From the IMG/VR virus record IMGVR_UViG_3300044898_000015, positions 1-43,766 of that record: a stretch of DNA of 43,766 bases; one strand, given 5' to 3'. Position 1 is the first letter of the stretch; each line of letters begins with the position of its first letter. The stretch comes from a virus. Under the pieces are notes generated by a model, which was not told the DNA's origin, did no database searches, and was given only the letters and a program-made list of their open reading frames with translations. This document shows, one piece after another, positions 40,778 through 43,766 of this stretch. Made by a program: the position numbers and the translations under genes.

Positions 40778-41659
40778 CTACTTGGCCGCTGGCACCTTCC
40801 CAACCTCGATCAGCCTGTCGAGCAGCCCGAGCGCCGACGTGCGGAGGCCGAGGTCGCCGAACGCTTCGCGGTATCGCTCGTCGTAGTACGGACGAAACAC
40901 CCAGTACGCACCGTCACGGCGGTTCCAGTAAATCGACCCGGCTTGTTTCGCTGCTTCGAGCGCCTTCGCGTAAACGTCCTTGAAGGCATCCGCATCCGCA
41001 ACCGCCGCAGCCGCCGCAGCCGCAGCCGCATCCGCAACCGCATCCGCAACCGCAGCCGCCGCATCCGCATCCGCAGCCGCCGCATCCGCAGCCGCATCCG
41101 CATCCGCATCCGCATCCGCAACCGCCGCAGCCGCCGCATCCGCAGCCGCATCCGCAACCGCAACCGCAACCGCAACCGCAACCGCAACCGCGCCATACTT
41201 CTTCCAAGCTGCCTGTCGCTTGGCCCACATCGCGTCACGGACGCTACGAATCGTCTTGCGCGCAGATGCCCACTCGGCCGGGCCGGTGATCGCAGCGAGC
41301 TGCTCGAACTGTTCCGCCTGCTCTGTAGCGCCTACCGCGCGGAACGCAGCCGGCGCGTATTCGTGGACGAGCCAGTCGGCGCACATCCAGCGTCGGACCT
41401 CGTCGTCTGCCGTGTTGGTGTTGGTGCCGACAACCTGTGGGATGTACGGCTTGAGGAGCTGCCGGGCGTCGTCTGGCCAGCGGTCGTTGAGCGACATCGT
41501 GAACCGGCGGATCACGGGAGATACGCATTTGGGGGTGTCGCTGAAGGGTTGGTGGTTGAAGTAGGCGACGGCTTCGTTGAAGCACATGCCTTCTTCGGGT
41601 GTTTTGTGGGAGCCGCTGTCGAGGTGGAGTGTGTCGAGGTCGAGTGATGCGGTGCTCAT
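40778..41659 (-). CDS. Hypothetical 293-aa protein with an internal Ala/Val/Asp low-complexity array
   Basis: Clean N- and C-terminal domains flank 69 codons of AV/AD/AA repeats. Confidence 0.6.
   Translation of the reverse strand: MSTASLDLDTLHLDSGSHKTPEEGMCFNEAVAYFNHQPFSDTPKCVSPVIRRFTMSLNDRWPDDARQLLKPYIPQVVGTNTNTADDEVRRWMCADWLVHEYAPAAFRAVGATEQAEQFEQLAAITGPAEWASARKTIRSVRDAMWAKRQAAWKKYGAVAVAVAVAVAVADAAADAAAAAVADADADADAAADAAAADADAAAAVADAVADAAAAAAAAAVADADAFKDVYAKALEAAKQAGSIYWNRRDGAYWVFRPYYDERYREAFGDLGLRTSALGLLDRLIEVGKVPAAK
40986..41192 (-). repeat. 207-nt cryptically simple triplet/hexamer array (GCAACC, GCATCC, GCAGCC, GCCGCC units)
   Basis: Read directly from the sequence. It includes (GCAACC)x6 at the 3' side of the plus strand and runs of GCATCC. 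It stays in frame within the CDS. Confidence 0.9.
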
Positions 41660-42048
41660 GCGGCTTGTGCCTCCTTCGCGGCCTCAATGGGCCGGTCGAG
41701 TTCGGTATAGGTCGATGCTTCGAGCGCGTGCCCCGACGGCTGCTGACGGCACGTCAACACATAGGCGAGGAACTCCAGATCGCGCGGCCTAGCGACATAG
41801 GCTTCGGCTCCGGCGTCGAGTAACGCCGTCAGCCACGACCGCTGGGCGTCGGACACCTTCCCGGTCTCCGTCTTCAACTCGAGGAAGATCACGCGGTCGC
41901 GTACTAGCGTCTCGTCGGGGAAACCCGGCTGGGACCGTTCGGACCGGAAGGTGTGGTAGCGGCGCCAGCCGAGCTGCAGGGCGAGCTGGGCGACTTGTTT
42001 CGACCAGTCTTTCTCGGTGTACATTGCGAGGGGGAGCGCGGCCTTCAC
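41656..42048 (-). CDS. VRR-NUC domain nuclease, about 130 aa
   Basis: GFPDETLVRDRVIFLELKTETGKVSDAQRSWL matches the D...ExK core of VRR-NUC. GTG 42048 is preferred, because the longer ORF has an Arg-rich N-terminus. Confidence 0.7.
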   Translation of the reverse strand: MKAALPLAMYTEKDWSKQVAQLALQLGWRRYHTFRSERSQPGFPDETLVRDRVIFLELKTETGKVSDAQRSWLTALLDAGAEAYVARPRDLEFLAYVLTCRQQPSGHALEASTYTELDRPIEAAKEAQAA

Positions 42049-42052
42049 GCGG

Positions 42053-42394
42053 CTACCTGAGTCCGCACGCGCCTGCGGTTCCCCATTCGCGAAACGACCC
42101 GCCGTCTTGCCGCACGATGATCCACATGCGGTAGATCTGTTCGCGCGGCGACACCGTGAACGGATACCGACGCTGGTCGCCGGGATGGTCGAACGCCATA
42201 TGGTGCGCGCCACCAGCCCGCTTCCACGTCGACTCGAGGAACTGCAAGCCGCCGAAGTACGTGTTGCCGGTGTTGTCGTTCCATGCGCCCTCGTGCTGAT
42301 GCACGCAGGTGGCTGCACGGAGGAACCATGGTGCGGCGTGCCAGTGTCGCGGCATGGGTGCGGCGCGGACTACCGTTGCCGCCCAGCCGATCAC
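42053..42394 (-). CDS. Rpf-like (transglycosylase-like, PF06737-type) domain protein; its 5' end is apparently frame-disrupted
   Basis: CVHQHEGAWNDNTGNTYFGGLQFLESTWKRAGG...SPREQI...REWGTAGACG follows the Rpf pattern CES.G.W..NTGNG.YGGLQF...W...GG...Q...W..C. Confidence 0.6.
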   Translation of the reverse strand: MIGWAATVVRAAPMPRHWHAAPWFLRAATCVHQHEGAWNDNTGNTYFGGLQFLESTWKRAGGAHHMAFDHPGDQRRYPFTVSPREQIYRMWIIVRQDGGSFREWGTAGACGLR

Positions 42395-42426
42395 GCAGAT
42401 AAGCGCTACAGGTACGAGAAGTTGTT

Positions 42427-42747
42427 TTAGGCATCTGATTGCTCTGCTCTCCTTGACGGGGACGGGGCAGCCGCGGTCACGGCCGCGGGCTTGGTGATCG
42501 GTGTGACTCGATAGGTGGCGATGCTTTCGCTAATCGTGCGAAGCGCCTGGCCGAGCGGTGTCTCCAGTTGCCAACGGCAGGCGTCGCCGTGGCGTGAGCA
42601 GATGCGTTTGCCGCTCCCGGTGTACGGCGTGTCGTAGAGAAACGCCCCGCATTCGTGGCCGCCGAACATGCGGCCGCAGACCGCGCACGGGATCCAGAAG
42701 TAGCCCGCCACGAACGCGTAAATCTGGTGCAACCAACGCGGGATCAC
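42427..42747 (-). CDS. Hypothetical Cys-rich protein, 106 aa
   Basis: Clean ORF with a hydrophobic N-terminus IYAFVAGYFWIPCAVC. Confidence 0.5.
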   Translation of the reverse strand: MIPRWLHQIYAFVAGYFWIPCAVCGRMFGGHECGAFLYDTPYTGSGKRICSRHGDACRWQLETPLGQALRTISESIATYRVTPITKPAAVTAAAPSPSRRAEQSDA

Positions 42748-43049
42748 GCGTGCCAGCCTTCTTCGACCAGCGTCAGCAGCCGATCGCGGATAGCCAGCGC
42801 ATCCTTGAGATGGACAACGGTCGCCTCGGCGGCCGGGACGTGCATCCCGAGTTCCTTCGCAAGAGCTTCGATGACGTCGGCGCGGAGCTTCAGGAAAGCG
42901 GGGATCTGCGCGCTCTCGTCCCTCTGCGCCCAGATGATCTGGCCGTCAATGTCGACCCCTGATGCGTAGAAGCCGTACTTTCCGGCCGTGTAGCCGAGCC
43001 GCAACTCGAACGTGTCGCTCCACGGCTCACGAGTCAGGAACGCCCTCAC
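42744..43049 (-). CDS. Hypothetical protein, 101 aa; first gene downstream of attP
   Basis: Clean ORF with a GTGA junction to the next gene. Confidence 0.55.
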   Translation of the reverse strand: MRAFLTREPWSDTFELRLGYTAGKYGFYASGVDIDGQIIWAQRDESAQIPAFLKLRADVIEALAKELGMHVPAAEATVVHLKDALAIRDRLLTLVEEGWHA

Positions 43050-43060
43050 GACGCATCCTG

Positions 43061-43083
43061 TTGCGGGATCAGCGCGGGATCAG
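43061..43083 (+). repeat. Paired GCGGGAT repeat (TTGCGGGATcagCGCGGGATcag), candidate arm-type integrase/Xis site
   Basis: The heptamers lie at 43063-43069 and 43074-43080, an 11-bp register. Confidence 0.7.
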
Positions 43084-43108
43084 AAACCCCGAAACCGCTG
43101 AAAACCAA

Positions 43109-43155
43109 TGGAGCGTGCGAGATTTGAACTCGCGACCTCTGGCTTGCAAAGCCGA
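43109..43155 (-). other. Mimic of the 3' half of tRNA-Ala(UGC) = putative attP common core
   Basis: The minus strand reads TCGGC-TTTGCAA-GCCAG-AGGTC-GCGAG-TTCAAAT-CTCGC-ACGCTCC-A. That gives an anticodon loop with TGC, a perfect T-arm, and an acceptor 3' strand with U70 and discriminator A. No D-arm or 5' acceptor strand lies upstream. Confidence 0.7.
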
Positions 43156-43269
43156 ATGACGGTACGTGCGCGTGCGCGATGGTGCGGCGTGATTCGTGTC
43201 GGTTGCAGGGTGAAAGTTGTCCCGGATGGGCGCCCGTTGTGGTGGTGCGTGACGGTGTGTGGGCGTGTG

Positions 43270-43292
43270 TTGCGGGATGGGCGCGGGATGAC
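43270..43292 (+). repeat. Paired GCGGGAT repeat (TTGCGGGATgggCGCGGGATgac), candidate arm-type site on the other side of the core
   Basis: The heptamers lie at 43272-43278 and 43283-43289, an 11-bp register. A related single GGATGGGCGC lies at 43224-43233. Confidence 0.7.
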
Positions 43293-43323
43293 GACAGGCC
43301 AGGAAGCTCGGTGAGATGCCCGC

Positions 43324-43524
43324 TCACGACTCGCCCCGGTAGGTCGGGTCTCCTGGAAATGGGCCGTCCCCAGCGTCCTGGACGTACACCAAACTCCCGT
43401 CCTCAACGAGCGCCTGGATGAACTCAGCGCGCGCCTCGTCTTCCGTGCGGGCGTGGATGAAGTCGGACTCCACCCGGACGAAGAACCGCTTGGTGAGGCG
43501 CTCGGTTCTCGGCCCGCTAGACAC
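43324..43524 (-). CDS. Hypothetical 66-aa protein, probable paralog of 462..617
   Basis: MSSGPRTERLTKRFFVRVESDFIHARTEDEARAEFIQALVEDG... carries the 17-nt block at codons 4-9. The GTG start overlaps the upstream TAG. Confidence 0.5.
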   Translation of the reverse strand: MSSGPRTERLTKRFFVRVESDFIHARTEDEARAEFIQALVEDGSLVYVQDAGDGPFPGDPTYRGES

Positions 43525-43766
43525 GCGCTCTCCCGATAGGACGCAACGTGGCGTCCTCCTGAATCTCGAACTGCATGGGGAAGTTGCCGAGCTGCCAGAC
43601 AGCCCACACGCCGCCCTTCGGAACGTCCTCTTCGTCCTTCACACGAGAGAGGAGAGCGCCCACGCCGCTCGCTGCGCGGACAGTCTTCGGGTGCTTCCCA
43701 TCAGCCGTGCAGACGAGCCAGAGACTCATGTTCGTCGCTGCGTTGGCCTGCTCGGTTCTCGGCCCG
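43500..43766. repeat. Right copy of the exact 267-bp terminal duplication (= 1-267)
   Basis: Identical to 1-267. The window ends exactly at the last base of a 17-mer copy. Confidence 0.95.
43517..43729 (-). CDS. Second copy of gene 18..230/278 inside the terminal duplication (the upstream part runs off the window)
   Basis: The sequence is identical to 18..230. Confidence 0.55.
   Translation of the reverse strand: MSLWLVCTADGKHPKTVRAASGVGALLSRVKDEEDVPKGGVWAVWQLGNFPMQFEIQEDATLRPIGRARV

Larger units (their letters stand above)
1..43766 (-). mobile_element. Complete temperate dsDNA phage genome (high-GC, actinobacterial style); the record closes on itself, unique length 43,499 bp
   Basis: Contains integrase plus excisionase, a divergent CI/Cro-like HTH pair, a tRNA-mimic attP, terminase, portal, scaffold, capsid and a lysis cassette. 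The first 267 nt recur exactly at the end. All but two genes are on the minus strand with ATGA/GTGA junctions. Confidence 0.85.

Noticed and set aside
40810-41647. ORFs encoding RLRLRMRM, CGCGCGCG and RIRNRS repeats, and the idea that the array is CRISPR-like
   Set aside because: These are the other reading frames of the GCN triplet array inside gene 40778..41659. The units are 3-6 nt with no spacers, so this is not a CRISPR array.
43109-43181. Possible complete tRNA-Ala gene
   Set aside because: Only the anticodon stem-loop, variable region, T-arm and 3' acceptor strand are present. The upstream sequence (…CGCGCACGCGCACGTACCGTCAT) has no D-arm and no strand complementary to ACGCTCC, and the anticodon stem has a C-A mismatch.
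43046-43327. 93-aa ORF covering the attP region
   Set aside because: Its composition is Ser/Thr/His/Pro-rich and non-protein-like. It runs straight through the tRNA-like segment and the arm repeats, and the region is better explained as non-coding attP.

Overview
The window is a complete, terminally redundant genome of about 43.5 kb from a high-GC temperate phage of actinobacterial style. Positions 1-267 are repeated exactly at 43500-43766. Nearly all genes lie on the minus strand and are packed with ATGA/GTGA/TAATG junctions. Only two genes are on the plus strand: a CI-like repressor and a SAM methyltransferase embedded in the late operon.

Reading in the direction of transcription (high to low coordinates, wrapping around):
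- **attP (43050-43323):** a 47-nt mimic of the 3' half of tRNA-Ala(UGC), flanked by paired GCGGGAT repeats.
- **Early/replication genes (43049-39075):** an Rpf-like transglycosylase, a VRR-NUC nuclease, a protein with a 207-nt GCN triplet array, and a RecA-fold helicase-like ATPase.
- **Non-coding gap (38756-39074):** 320 nt.
- **Regulator-like genes (38755-37540):** an RHH-like protein, a Zn-finger protein and an HExxH protein.
- **Glycosyltransferase cluster (37543-34311):** four genes.
- **Packaging:** small genes, then TerL (31430-32980).
- **Accessory island between TerL and portal (27611-31430):** a fibre-like protein, an exported beta-helix protein, the opposite-strand SAM methyltransferase, and a 173-aa protein.
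- **Virion genes:** portal, M23 peptidase, a 1547-aa protein, an SLT transglycosylase, scaffold, an SU10/DUF5309-like capsid protein, and adaptor/tail proteins.
- **Lysis cassette:** NlpC/P60 endolysin and holin-like membrane proteins, followed by an intrinsic terminator.
- **Immunity switch and early-left operon:** the divergent CI/Cro-like pair (7962-8669), then an SSAP-like protein, an MT-A70 N6A methylase, two compact C5 methylases, xis and int, and an array of small genes that share a 17-nt block.

No rRNA gene, complete tRNA gene or CRISPR array was seen. All function calls rest on motifs read by eye; no database search was possible.
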